Below, piece after piece: positions 1-12,753 of a stretch of 64,000 nucleotides of DNA. The stretch is taken from assembly GCA_051294375.1 (NCBI GenBank), contig CM119263.1, positions 5,578,823 through 5,642,822 on the forward strand, written 5' to 3'. The position numbers and the translations under genes were made by a program. Source of the stretch: Paraspadella gotoi. Taxonomy: Eukaryota > Animalia > Chaetognatha. The notes beneath the pieces are model-generated. The model was not told the origin of the DNA. It saw only the letters and a program-made list of their open reading frames with translations, and did no database searches. Position 1 is the first letter of the stretch; the number at the start of each line of letters is the position of its first letter.

Positions 1-124
1 GGGCATCTACTTCTCCTCCTCTCAACTCCTCCACTTAACTCCTCCTAATTAGTGAATTCATACGGAAAAAGGACTAACCAATTCATCTTCAAGCAACAAC
101 AAAGATATGAGACAAATCATACGG

Positions 125-392
125 TGAATCAACTGACATGAAGTTCATACACTAAAAAATAAAACGGGTAAAGATAATATAAAGAACAACTTGGCAATGG
201 TAAGCAATGTCATTACTTGATCTTATGATCTTTTGTCAGTTTCATTGTAATGAAATTCACTTCTCAGATTCATTTATGAAATCAGTTGATGCAGATTCCG
301 TTAGAGATGAATTATTTAGTTGAATCAATGCATGAATTCATTACACTAAAAAAATAAAACGGGTAAAGAAATATAAAGATAACAACTTGCAA
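125..392. repeat. ~195-bp tandem repeat; the second unit is interrupted by LTR element A and continues at 4330-4465
   Basis: actaaaaaataaaacgggtaaag..aacaactt(g)gcaatgg occurs at ~150-200 and ~345-395. The continuation of the first unit (ttacttga..ttttgtcagt..cagattcattt..tgaaatcagtt..ccgttagaga..tttagttgaatcaatg, 213-330) reappears at 4345-4463. Confidence 0.8.
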
Positions 393-750
393 TGGTTTAA
401 TATTAGTATTGTTCATAGCCTTACAGCACTAGAATTTCCCTGACTCCAGAACGCCCCATTGTTGAGTAACCGGGTTTGATGTGTGTAGATTAAGGAACTT
501 CCAGTAACAATTAATAACATAACAAACATACTTTCTATAGTTCATTCAAAACATTAGTTAGTAGGCATTCTCCGGGGAGTGTGAAAGATTATTAATCGTT
601 CGCCGCAGCGTGTTGTGAATCCTGTGTCGCGTGTCAAAACTCAGTATGCACCTTTCTAAAATTCCTTGGCGACGAAACGCTAAGCACAGTATCATTAAGT
701 GTCTTACGTTACGACGCCAGATTTCACGCGCGCACGACCTCTTCTTAACA
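393..750 (-). repeat. 3' LTR of element A
   Basis: Aligns by eye with 3966-4329 (tagtattgttcatagcc, tccctgactccagaacgccc, tagtaggcatt, gcgcacgacctct..ttaaca). The left boundary is uncertain by a few bases. Confidence 0.85.
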
Positions 751-760
751 CTCCCCCCTG
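751..760 (-). promoter_or_regulatory. Polypurine tract of element A
   Basis: ctcccccctg on + is CAGGGGGGAG on -, immediately before the TGTTAA start of the 3' LTR. Confidence 0.75.
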
Positions 761-764
761 TACG

Positions 765-3700
765 TTACACGGACACGTAATACAATAAGAGGTCGTCCGC
801 ACGCTGTTCTTCGCCCTTTGGCATAGTAGAGCCGTCTGCAATTTGTCCACTCAGCATGCAACCCGCATGTTGTTCTCCCCATAGTTTCGGCTCCGACCTT
901 GATGACCCCATTGAAGTACGCTGACGCGGCTCCTTGGCATCGTTGTCCTTAAACCCCAGCCAACTCAGTTGGCTCCAAAATTTGATGTGACGGCGCCAAA
1001 CTCCCCCGTCTGGGTTCATCCCGAAGCGCCACCGACTCACGCGATCGATCTCCGCCGTTTGGCAATGGCGCTCCCAGCGTTTGTCTCCTTGACCTCCTGT
1101 CTTGACGATTTTGTGCTGGCATACCGGCGTCGGTCTCCTTGATGACGCCCTCTTATTGCCGCTCCCCCCGTGGCATTCATGGGCCCCGGATTTTCGATGT
1201 CTTTCTCCTTTGCGTCGATCATTCTTGTCTGGGGGTGTCACTTCGTGCATGCTGAGGTTACAGAAAGAGTTGGGGTGCATGTTTGGTGCAGAAACGATCA
1301 CCATTGAAGTCCTCTTTCTTGGAATTTCCCTCCCCCCTCTTGTTTTCACAAGATTAATCAATTTGTTTAGGTTAATATCACTGTGTCAGAGACGATCCAA
1401 ATTTAATAAATTTGTCTCAAAACTTGCTCACTCAGTATTCACGTCTTTTCAAAACTTGTTCAAGCTCTCATTCAACTTTCTTATAACTTCCGTCCTTTAA
1501 ATGCTATGGTGTTAATTTTCCAGTGATTTATTGCTAGGGCACCAAACGAGCATAAACAAATCTAAATACAGCTCCCCATCTATCTTCTCATTGCTTCTCT
1601 ATTTTTACTTCTCTTTATAAAGTGAAAGTGTCAACCTGAGTCCATCAAACTTTAATAAAAATGTTGCATTTGTTTAGACAACAACTCCATCTGTGTCGTC
1701 CATCGTCGTCTCTCTGAGCGCAAAGAAGACCCTTGTACTTTTCCTCTCAATAGGTCCTCTCAACTCATGTCCGATTGGCCATAACTCACGATCTCAAGCC
1801 TCTTGAATGTGTTCGTTAATCTTTTAACAATTGCCAGTAGTTCTTTCTTTCACTCCAAAGTATTTCTCTTCACACCCTTAGATTCCTCGCTTGAATGTGA
1901 GTCGTCAAACAAAATTTTAGTTTCTACCTCCAACTATGTCAGCTGCTCCAAGCAGTTAAAGTTAAAGGTGATGTCCTCCTCCTTCGCGTCGTTCTTTTTC
2001 CTTCTCTTTAGACGAGCCATCAAATCGATATGCTCAATATTGTTATCAATATTAGCAAGGTTGAAATGTGCAGATCAAAGCCTAGCCAGATTTGAAACTT
2101 TTTTTTTTTTTTTTTTTCATTTGTTTCAAATTTTCAATGAAGACTGATCTTGTAGTCCCTAGCAATGTTCATAAATCATTGTTCATCATTTAAACTCGTC
2201 CCATTCTTTCTCTTATCTACAAGTAGAGGGCGATTTAAGCTGTTAGTCGAAGACTGCTGATACTAAGTTGGATCCAAACCGTAGTGCTCTCATAACCGTA
2301 AAGTCTGTTATACATTTCCATCTTATCATGATCTCCCCTTATTTCATACGAGGATTTATTAGAAAACTTATACAATGAAATCAGCGGTGCGAGGCTTCTC
2401 CCTGACGCTCTTCATGTGAATGGACCTTTGTAATCTGACACAACAAGAACTGTCCCATGAGATTTTGAGTGTACAGCAAAGCCTCAAACACTCAACAGCT
2501 TGAGTTAAGCTCAAAGGGAATGAAATTGCCAAAAATTTTTCCTTCACAGAAGTGATGAGCCACGCGCCAGCAATGGCAAGCAATTCAGTGTTAACAATGC
2601 ATTTTAATGCATTTCTCCGCAACGTCTCCCGATTACGAGTAGGCGGATGGCTGGTAGCGCGATTGATCTCTTCCTCAGTTCTCCTTTGACAGATTTTCTT
2701 CCGCCAACCTTTCACACACTTTTTCCGCATCCTTTACCGCAACTTCTTCGCCGACTCTTTCTGGCAACCTCTTCCACACACTTTTTTCCTCGATCTTTTT
2801 TCGGCGCAACGTTCATTTTGAAACTTCTGTTGGGCAGCAATACTCTTTCATCAGCAGCATCTTTTCAGCAAATTCTTCAGCAGCGACTTCTTTTAGCCTC
2901 AGCTAGCCTTCTTTAGCAGTAACGTCTTCTACAGCAGCCTTTCAAACGGCGCAGATTCTCAGCAGGCAGCGTCTTCAGGCAGGCGTCTTCTTTAGGCAGC
3001 AACTTCTTCAGCAGATCAGCATCGGACAGGCTTCTCACGCAAATGAGCCTCAGCTTCTTTATTCGTCTTTCATGCCAGCGGCGTGTAATCGGGGGAGTTG
3101 GCGCACCTCGTTTTCGGCAAGAGGTTCTTGTTGAATCCATTGGCGGTCTCGGCGGATCCTCGTCATTGCGGTCGTCTGCGTCCCACTCACAATGACTCGG
3201 GCTTCGTTGAGTACGCCGTTCGTTCGATGTGCGCGACGCTGTCCCAGTCGTGCCCGTCCACTTGAGACCGGGCCAGGCCTCTTCAATCGTCGGCTCTTGC
3301 TCCCGGTTTCTCGCTTGCGTGTGTTACGTGCTGGAATCTAGTCTCCGCAGTTCTCTATGCGCGCGTGTTCCTCCCACCTTCATTATTCTTTCTTCGGGTT
3401 GCTCTTTCGGAATTTCTTTCAATTTTTCATTCAAGTCTCATGCCTGCTTTCATCCTTCGCCTCGTCTTGCTCTGCTCCTTTTGCAGTATTGTACATTACG
3501 TTGGCGTGTCTTCGTCTCTTCCGTAGTGGCGATGACGCGTTCTGTCTCTGCATTTCTAGTTCACCTTGACCAACTTTGGCGACCATCATCTTGCGAAGAC
3601 GATTGGAGACGGACGTCGTTACCCATAGTTCTAGCTTTTGAGACAGTTTGGACGGCTGACTTCTTGTCGGGCCTCCAAGTACGAGTGAAGACTCTTGTCG

Positions 3701-3830
3701 CGCGACTTTGCGACAAGTAGACGGCGATCCAGCGTGGGACGCAAGTGTGAGTCGTGCTAATCGACGTTGTTCTCGGCAAGGCGGCTCGCAGACCCGTCCT
3801 CTTATCGTAGGCCCTCTTTGACTCCTCACG
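765..3830 (-). pseudogene. Frameshifted internal coding region of element A (K/E/A-rich coiled coil plus unknown domain; possible Gypsy-type remnants)
   Basis: Chain of minus-strand ORF fragments, with gaagaagttgctg-type repeats at 2690-3060. DNA-level homology to 44500-47870. Peptides KELLAIV (~1825-1850) and DGGVWRRH..QL (~960-1010). Confidence 0.5.
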
Positions 3831-3965
3831 CGAGTCGAAGGGGTTATGATCTGCTTGCTCTGCTGCCTGCTGCTTCGGCTGACTTTAGGTTTAGTTTAGA
3901 TTTTAATTGTTGAATTTAGATTATAGTTTAGTTTAATTTTAATCCCCGGATATGACATATCTAAG

Positions 3966-4329
3966 TCTTAAATATTTAGTATTGTTCATAGCCTCGACGA
4001 GCGTAGAGATTCCCTGACTCCAGAACGCCCATGTTGATAACGGTGATGTAGTTGTAGAGTTAAGAACCTTCAGTTAACAATAATAAACATAACAAACATA
4101 TTTCTCATAGTTCATGTCAATAACATACTTAGTAGGCATTTCCGCCGGAGTGTGGAAAATTATTAATGCTTCTTGCCGCAGCGTTTGAATCCGGGCGCGT
4201 TCAAACTCAGTTATCAAACCTTCTCTTAAATTCCTGCACGTATAACCGGCGGTAAGCGAGAAGAGTGCATGTTACGTTACACGCGGCCGCAGATGTCTGA
4301 GCGACGCGGCGCACGACCTCTCTTTAACA
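3966..4329 (-). repeat. 5' LTR of element A
   Basis: Direct repeat of 393-750; ends tctttaaca at 4329. Confidence 0.85.
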
Positions 4330-4654
4330 GTTAAACAAGCGTTATTACTTGATTTCGATGAGTCTTTTGTCAGTCTTCATGTAATGAATTCACTTCTGCA
4401 GATTCATTTGATGAAATCAGTTAGTAGATGCCGTTAGAGACGAGATATTTAGTTGAATCAATGATTAGAATGAATTTCAACTTTTCAGATTCAGTCCTAA
4501 ATTCATACTACGGAGACCAGTTTTTTGAAAATTTTTTAATAAACAATCAATCAACAACGACAATCCTTTATATAAAATATATTTGATTAAATAAAACAGA
4601 GATAAATAAAAAAATTTTAAAAAAGTCGCGAAGAATTAGAGAAGACATATGTTT

Positions 4655-4734
4655 GTGGCGGATTCTGGCAGTTGAACCCGGATCATGGCGGAGGGTAACA
4701 TAAACGGTATAACCGTTGCTCCACCTCTAAGGCC
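4655..4734 (-). mobile_element. tRNA-derived SINE-like head (Pol III A/B boxes)
   Basis: The minus strand reads ..agaggTGGAGCAACGG..gatccgGGTTCAACTGCC.., with tRNA-like A-box/B-box spacing but no complete cloverleaf. Confidence 0.4.
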
Positions 4735-5079
4735 AGGATTCACTCAAGTCCAAATTGCAGAAATTCTAAAGATGAGGGTATCCTAATACCTCCCTCGCAT
4801 CCTCGCGTGAATTTTCTGGAGAAATAAAGTCGGAGGGATGCGTCCCTTATGCACTTAGAATGCCCAACCCAATTTATGCAAAAATTTTTTATTCGGTAAG
4901 CCGAGGAGATGTGTGCGGAGGTCGAGGAGACCGTGAGTTGTGTTGCGACGGCGGTGAAGCGCGTCAAGGTGTCGTCAATAAGTTTTTTTTCGGGGCGTGA
5001 AAACTCTATATTTTCAAGAAAACTCTGTTTCAAGACTTAAAAAAATATAATTAAATTCTTACAGACTCTTTTTTTGTGA

Positions 5080-6600
5080 ACTCGGGTGGGCTGGGGAGTG
5101 GTGTTTGTTTTAAGCTGCAGGGGAGCTGTGGAACATTAATCAGATGTCCTCAATAAAGCGTTGTCAAGAGCGGATGAGCGAGAGTAGAATAAAAATCAGA
5201 AGTAAGTGGCGTGAACGCGAGGGCGTGTGAGAGTAGTGAAAAGAAAATAACTTCGTGTGAGAGTGAGAGTGCTCGATAGTGAGATTGGTGAGGGAGGGTA
5301 TGAAGTATTGTGGTGGAGATTGAGTGAAGAAGAGAGGAAATGGCGAGAATGCGAGAGTGGGTAGGTGTAAGTTGTGGTGTGAGAGTGGAGAGAGGAAGAG
5401 CGACGATGGGTGTGCGGCGAAGAGGAGAGTGGGAGTGGTGCCGAGCGTGGTTAAGGCGAGTAGTGAGAGGAAGCGGTGCGAGAGCCAGGGATGAATGCGT
5501 TAGAGCGAGCGCGTGGGGGCTGTGCGTGGAGCGACGAGAGTGTGTCACAACGCTGGTTGGAGGTGGTCGAAAGATCGTGCGGTAGAGGGAGCGCGCGGTT
5601 TGGTGAGAGGTGAGGAGCGACTAGATGCGTGGTGGTGGACGAGGGCGAGAGTGGGTGGGAGTAGGAGGCGCGCGTGAAGAAGTGCGGGTGCGGGTTAGTG
5701 TGAGCGTAACGAGTGGAGGCCGGTGGTGAGAGGGAGGGGGCGGCTCCGAGCGAGGCTGGTGATCGGTGAGGTAGGGTGCGGTGAAGTGGTGGCGTGTGCC
5801 GAGAGTGTCGTGGGAAGTAGTAACGAGAGTAGCGAGGAGAGAAGGTGGTGCGCGTGGTAAGGGTGGCGGTTTAGCGACAGAGGAAGAGTGAGAAAGCAGA
5901 GAATGTGCGGAGGCGTAAGAGAGCCGCAAGTGAGGCCGTGCGAGCGTTTAGAGAGAGAGATGAGTGGGGTGAGCGGAAGAGAGGAGAGGGAGAGTGGGGC
6001 GAAGGGGTGCGGTGAGTGAGGGCCGGTTGTGTGGGAAAGAAGAGCGCTCGGTGTTTCATTTGCAAATATATCAAGAGTGAGGAGCGATTGAGAAGAGAGG
6101 TGTAAGCGAGAAGGAGAAGTGTGAGAAGTGTGGTGGCGTATGAGAGGAATGAGCGGAAGTGTTCAAAGAAAAGAGCGTTTCGAAGAGATTGAGTGCGGCT
6201 AGCCTAAAAGAAAAAGTGTCCTTATATTGGGCGATGTAATGCGCGTTGGGTCGTGTTGCGTGTGCAACGTCGGAAGCGAGAGGGTGAGGTTCGTTGTGTA
6301 TTTAATAAAGTATAAGAGAGTTGCGAGTGAAGAGGCGACACGCCTGGTGAGAGAAAGGAGGATGATAGATAGTGAGAGATTGTCGAATCGCGAAGTCGAG
6401 GCTGTGTCCGAATCGCGAGCGCCGTTTGTGAGCGGTAGTAGCACAATTTAGAGAGAGGTGGTGTCGAAGTATGTTGTGAAAGCGTGGGTGGGTAAGAGGT
6501 GTGCGGTGGGCGGAAGAGAGACGTGAGTAGAGATTGTGAAGAGGTGGAATTGGAGAAGGCGCAGGCGCCCGCATTGAGAACGCGCCCAGGATTACTAGAA
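5080..6600. other. G/T/A-skewed low-information stretch, probably a low-quality long-read segment
   Basis: Strong G skew, no periodicity, and only His/Ser/Leu/Thr-rich spurious antisense ORFs. Confidence 0.5.
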
Positions 6601-8199
6601 TAGCGTTCCAAATAAGTTGAGTATAGAATGAAAAATTGTGTGTTTTCCTTTGTGTCTGGAAGGAAAGAATCTCAAGAACAATAGTATGACGATATGTGCG
6701 AATTTAAAAAGTTTCGCGTTAAAAAAAACCTTATAGTTGGTCCATATGCGGTGTAAGAGCTTTGCGCAGAAGTTGTTGAATTTAAAGGAAGACACTTAAG
6801 CTCTTCAAATGGGTAGAAGGAAGAAAGATACGTGTGCTAAGTGTTGCGTGTTGCTACGAAACATTCGGATATAAATGAATTCGATTGTGACGTGAATTCA
6901 TATTATTAAGTGTTTCAGTGATTGTGTTTAAATTGTTTTGGTAGTTGCTGTGTACTCGCGAAGCAGATGTTTGTTTGTGTGTAATTGTAAAAAAAAAACA
7001 TTCTGGTTGCCAAAGCAATATAATAATTTTTTTCGTTTTTTCTTTCCAAATTGATTTTAAAGGTTTTTATACTAACCGATTCACATACAATTTTTTGTGA
7101 ATTGATTTAATTCGCATGATTTTATTCACGTTTTATTTTCCAGTTATTTATATAAAGTATTTTAAAGCATGGATGAAGTAGAATCGTAGCACATATAAGT
7201 TCTTTAAAAAAACAATGCATTTTGAAAATTAGATGACGAAAATATATTGATGCGAAAAAGAAGAAAACGGAAGTGGAAATTTTGTTTTATTGAATTCATA
7301 AACATGAATTCCACTTTCTTGTTATCATATTGAAATCATTAATAAAGAAAATTTGTTTGAGTGTGAGAGTTCAGTCGAAACATGGGAATGTCAGCTTTCT
7401 GTTATTTGTTTTTGTGATTTAGTTTTAGAGAAGTATGTAAAACTATTTTGTGTTCAATAATGCTGTTCTTCTGAGGTCGGCTGTACTACCTAATTAAAAA
7501 TATTATATTACTATATAGAGCCAAATTTTTTTTTAAATCTTTAAAATTTAAATGCATAGAATCTGATAGAGCACAAAAAAGTAAAACTCCAAGAATATTA
7601 ATTACAAATAGAAAATATGAAAAAAACTGATTAAAAATCATCAAAAGATGATGATGATGTGATGATTTTCTATTGGTTTTTTCTCTTTTTGACAACTCAC
7701 TTAATCTAGATATTTAAAAAAAAATTATACCCTTTGTGCAGGAGCGGAGACTTTTTTATGAGCTATTTTTGAATCTGCCCGTCCTCTTAAATTTAAAAAC
7801 TCGTGCGGCTGCCGTAGCGTATGAAGAAATATGTAAAAGATAAGTAATGTACTAAAAGTTTATGTTGTCGCATTGGAAAGTATTCTCTAACATATATCGG
7901 TTTATGTAGTAGCGGGCAAGCCTATATTATAAAGCATTGAATTCACTTACATATGAATATCATTGATTCTCTCGAAATTTAGAGCGTTTAAAGTGAATTC
8001 ATTGCTGCCTCCGCGCGTTCGACTGATAATGATCGAATTCGGACCATTTCGAGCCACCTAAATCAGTCCGCCTGCGACGTTTTGCGACCGTTTGCGAGTC
8101 GAAAAGTGTCGAATAACTGCTCTTGACTATACCCTCGGAGGAGGAAGGAGGAGAGGAGGAGGAGGAGGTGGAGATTGAGAACGGCGATTATGGTCGAAA

Positions 8200-9180
8200 T
8201 TAAGGGCCGTTCTCTTCGCTTGAAGTTCTTATGGAGAATGAGAGAGAGACGATGAGGCTGAGAAGAGAAGGGGGAAATTAAAGCTAGGAGACTAGGGAGG
8301 TGAAGATGAGAGAAGAGAGGGGGTTGACCAGAGAGAGAGAGATCGAGACGGAGATAGAGATGACGATGAGAGAGAGAGAGAAGAGAGACGGCAGAATGAG
8401 GAGAGATAACATAAAAAGAAAACATTTTTGATTTCTCACGAGACGAGAGTTGAAAGCGGGTGCCGTGACGGCCGCACCGGTCGAATCGTAGCCGCGCGTT
8501 AGGGCATGGTACGCCCGCCAAGACTCCGCCCACCAGGCTTCGCCCGCTACGGGTCAGCGGCCGCATCTGGGACGGCCTGCGAACTCTCGAGCCTTCCAGC
8601 GTCCGCCCCGCCCCTGGTCCGCCTCGCGGGCCACCGAGGTCCCGCCCGGGCTGACATTACGAGGGCGTCGCTTATTTAATCGAGAGGCCAGTTTGAGTTC
8701 GGCGTAAAAAGAAAAGGAAAGGAAATAGGGCTGGGATAAAGGACATTGGTAAAGAAAGAAAAGGAAAAAGAATACGGAATAAGAGACAAAAAAGCGAAAA
8801 GTGTAAGAAAAATTATCTAGAAGAGCAAAAGAAAAGATAAGGAAAAGAACAAAGGAAAGAGAAAACGTAAAAGAAAAGAAAAGGAAAGAAAAAAGGAAAT
8901 TATCTCCCTCCTTTCTCTCTCTCTGCTCTCTTCTCTCTCTCTCGTCTCTCCTTCTAACTTCTCTCTCTCTCTCTCTCTCTCTGCTCCTTCTCTCTCTCTC
9001 TTCTTCTTGTCAGTCACACCTATTAACAGTCGGAAGTCTCGATCGTGGTTTCCACAATATTCTCAGTTTCATCACTTCCACCCATCCTACTCCTCCTCCT
9101 CCTCCTCTCCTCTCCGAGCAAATTCCGCGTACTGCCGCCTCGCGAGCGATTCGCGCGTCCACAAATTGTGTAACCAGATG
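8200..9180. repeat. Noisy duplicate of ~11880-12910 (GC island + A/G tract + (CT)n)
   Basis: Shared strings actccgcccacc..ggcttcgcccgctacgggtcagc, gtcccgcccgggctgacatta, gaaattatctccctc, tcagtcacacc. Confidence 0.85.
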
Positions 9181-9199
9181 CCATATCTCTCCGTGCTGT

Positions 9200-9720
9200 G
9201 GGTGTTTGAGGCGAAGGGGGAACGGGAGCGACCTCTAGACCTCCACCGCGAAAACTAAGGAAAACAAAAGGTGAACCTAATTGAAATCTCGTGTCACGCC
9301 TGGCCAAAGGCGAGAGATGGAGAGGGGGAGGGAGAGGGAAAGGGAGAGGGCGAGAAGAGGGAAAGGGAGAGNNNNNNNNNNNNNNNNNNNNNNNNNNNNN
9401 NNNNNNNNNNNNNNNNNNNNNNNNNNNNNNNNNNNNNNNNNNNNNNNNNNNNNNNNNNNNNNNNNNNNNNNNNNNNNNNNNNNNNNNNNNNNNNNNNNNN
9501 NNNNNNNNNNNNNNNNNNNNNNNNNNNNNNNNNNNNNNNNNNNNNNNNNNNNNNNNNNNNNNNNNNNNNNNNNNNNNNNNNNNNNNNNNNNNNNNNNNNN
9601 NNNNNNNNNNNNNNNNNNNNNNNNNNNNNNNNNNNNNNGAGAGAGAGAGAGTGACTCGTAGTTTTCGGTCTCCCCTCCGGACGCTTTACATGTAGATTCA
9701 AAGTCTGTTAAATTGCAAAT
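9200..9720. repeat. Duplicate of ~11140-11700 around an N gap
   Basis: Both copies contain tgaggcgaagggg(g)aacgggagc..cctctagacctc..cctaattgaaatc..tgtcacgcc..ggcgaga and gagtgact(t)cgt(t)agtttt. Confidence 0.8.
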
Positions 9721-12682
9721 CAAGAGTGACTGCAACGCAGAAAGGCGAAAGGNNNNNNNNNNNNNNNNNNNNNNNNNAGAGAGAAGAATGTTCCTCTTCT
9801 CGATTCCCTTTTTTTTCTCTCTTCGTTCGAAATCTCGCCGCTTTGTCCGTCTGCTTGGCAACACGGAAGGGGGCGTTGGCGGTCGTCGACTCGAAGAAGT
9901 CGGAAAGGTTACGACCGCCAGAAAGCGAAGGAAATTGCGCTAAGGCGCGACGAAGGGGGGGGAAGTTCTGTCGGGCAGGCCGGGAATTTTCGCGTCGGCT
10001 CGTCGGCCCGCGTCACCTTGTCCGGCGTTTGACGTCTTGCCGGCGCAAAACGACGACATGGTTGGCGACGCCTGACGGCGATTAAAATCGTAATCAAATT
10101 CGTAAAAAAAAAATAAAAACAACAAAATAAAAAAAATATGATATTTAGGCGAAAAATTTGAGATTATATTTATAATCGAGTTTAAATTCTTGATCCGAAA
10201 ACGGCAGACCGAACAACGTTGAGAGCTTTTGTTTTTAAGAACTTTGGTCGGTCGCGTTCAGTCGTTCCATCGGTCGGTCGGTCGTTGCGGTGGTATTTGT
10301 CCATCAATAATAAAGTTTATATACTAATATTTATATAATGATAAAATGATAATGACAGTAGCAAACTTATATTTTATATTTTTTCCCTTATTTTTCATTT
10401 TATCGCGCTCTCTCTATATATTGCCCTATACTCTTCGTCGCTTGTCTACGTCTTCTCGTCTTCTTCGTTTATATCACATCTTTCTCACTACTCGTCTCTT
10501 CCTCGTCTCTCTCTGCTCCTCTTCTTGTTCCTCTCTCTCTCATCTCTTTTGACCACTTCGCTTCTGCCCCTTTTTTGGCAAATTGTTTGATCTTTTCTGC
10601 TGTTTCTTTCCAGGCCTCTATCGCCTTAGGAGGCTGTCGGACGGATTCGGAACTGCGAGTTCCGTAGACCGATGAGAGACCGAATTCTTATACTTTTTTT
10701 AAGGCACAACGGCGTGCCACTAACTGAAGAAGAGCAGAGTAGAGGCAGAGAGAGAGTGAGAGAGGAGGAGTGAGAGAGAGAGAGCAGAAGAGAGACGACA
10801 AAGAGAGAGAGAGAGCAGAGAGTAGAGCACATGTCACTGGTCATGACGCGTTTTCGAATTTTTGATTATCAAATTGAGAAAATTACGTCTTAAGATAAAA
10901 TGTGATATTGCTTCCTTCAAAGCTTGATATTTGTAAACAAACATTTACGTATCGCAGCCTCTTCTCGTCCTCTCTCATCTTCTCTACTTTCTTCTTTGCT
11001 CTCTTCTCTCTCTCCTCTGTCTCTCCTCTCGTCCTCTCTTCTTCATCCGATCGGTCTCTCACTCTCTCTCTTGCAGAGATCGCCTCTTTCGTCCAACGTC
11101 CATCTTTCCACGGCGGTCGCAGCGGCGACTGCATTATTATAACTTGAGGCGAAGGGGAACGGGAGCCGTGGCGAACCTGCGCCTCTAGACCTCTCAACTC
11201 AGCCGAAAATAAGGAAATACAAAAGTGTGCACGACCTAATTGAAATCCCCTCGCTGTCACGCCTTGGTCCAATAGGCGAGAGAAGAGATCCGAGAGGGGG
11301 AGGCGACGGAGGGAAAGGGAGAGGGGCGAGAAGAGGGAACAGGAGAGAAGAGGGAGATGGGAGAGAGGAGTAAAGGGAATGATGAAAACGCTGAAAGAGT
11401 AAGAAGCAATTTTGCTAGGAATAGGAAGAAGCTTTAGTGTTGAGAGAGAGATAAGAGATAGAGAAAGAAAGAGAAGAGAGAGAGAGAGAGGAGAGAGATG
11501 AGAGAGATGAGAGAGAGAGAGAAGAGAGCGACAGAGAGGAGGAGAGAGAGGAGAGAGAGAGAGAAAGAGAGAGACAGTAGAGAGATAGAGAGAGAGAGGA
11601 GAGTGACTTCGTTAGTTTTTGTCTCCCGCTCCGGATGTCATGGCTTTGAGCTATGTTGCTAGATCAGATAGTCTTTGTTAGATATCTTGCTATAATCGAA
11701 ACTGAGTGATGCTTGTTGGTCGATGTTTGATCGTGTCAGAGGATATGGGATAATATGGATGGTAGTGCAATGATGTGGGTTTTAAGTTTGTTTTTTATTG
11801 GAGGGAGGATGGAGTGAATGAAGTATAGAGGAGGATGGAGATTGAATAATCTTGTGCGTAATTGTGTCAAGGATTGTTCTGGTGAGCCGTTCTCTTCGCT
11901 TGAATGTGTGGTCTTATGGAGTAAGTGTGGTATGTAGAGTAGTAGAGAGGTGATTGAGTAGATTGTGAGAGTGGGGTATAAGTGTAATTTGTTAGGACTG
12001 CTGTATGTGATGGTTTTTGTGTGCTATAATGTATGAGTAGATTAGTGAGCTCGGAGAGATGAGAGATGAGAGATGTGTATGATGAGGAGTGATGAGAGAA
12101 GTAGTAGAGAGTTAGAGATGATGATTGAGAGAGATGAGAGAGATAAATTAGTGAGATACAATGAAAAGATAAATATTTGTTTGTCTTATCGAGACGGATG
12201 TTTTGTATAGCTGTTTCCACGCTCGCAGCTGCGGGATCGAATATCTTAGAAGCCCCTTTAGCGGCTACGCTCGCGCCCAAATACCTCTCGGAGCACGCCC
12301 GGCCAAACTCCGCCCACCGAGGCTTCGCCCGCTACGGGTCAGCGCCGCATTGGGACGGCCGCGACTCTCGGAGCCTTCCGGGGTCCGCCCCGCCCCTGGG
12401 TCCGCCTCGGGGCCAGCCGAGGGTCCCGCCCGGGCTGACATTAGAGGCGTCGCTTATGTTAATCGAGAGGCAGTTTTGAGTCTCGGCGTAAAAAGAAAAG
12501 GAAAAGGAAAAGGGCTTGGAAAAGGACTTGGAAAAGAAAGGAAAAGGAAAAGAATACGGAAAAGAAAAAAAGAAAATGTAAGAAAAATTATTAGAAGAGC
12601 AAAAGAAAAGATAAGGAAAAGAAAAGGAAGAGAAAACGTAAAAGAAAAGAAAAGGAAAGAAAAAAGAAGGGAAATTATCTCC

Positions 12683-12753
<71 letters not shown>

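Larger units (their letters stand above)
393..4329 (-). mobile_element. LTR retroelement A (~3.9 kb), apparently non-autonomous or degenerate
   Basis: Direct repeats of ~360 bp at ~393-750 and ~3966-4329 both end in ttaaca (TGTTAA on the minus strand). PPT caggggggag (minus strand) lies at 751-760. It is inserted into a host tandem repeat. Confidence 0.85.

Noticed and set aside
4655-4734. Functional tRNA gene
   Set aside because: The acceptor and anticodon stems cannot be formed; kept only as a SINE-like head.
5080-6600. G-rich region as a coding or functional element
   Set aside because: The aperiodic compositional skew resembles poor-quality single-pass read sequence. Similar noise at 11640-12190 degrades a sequence present elsewhere.
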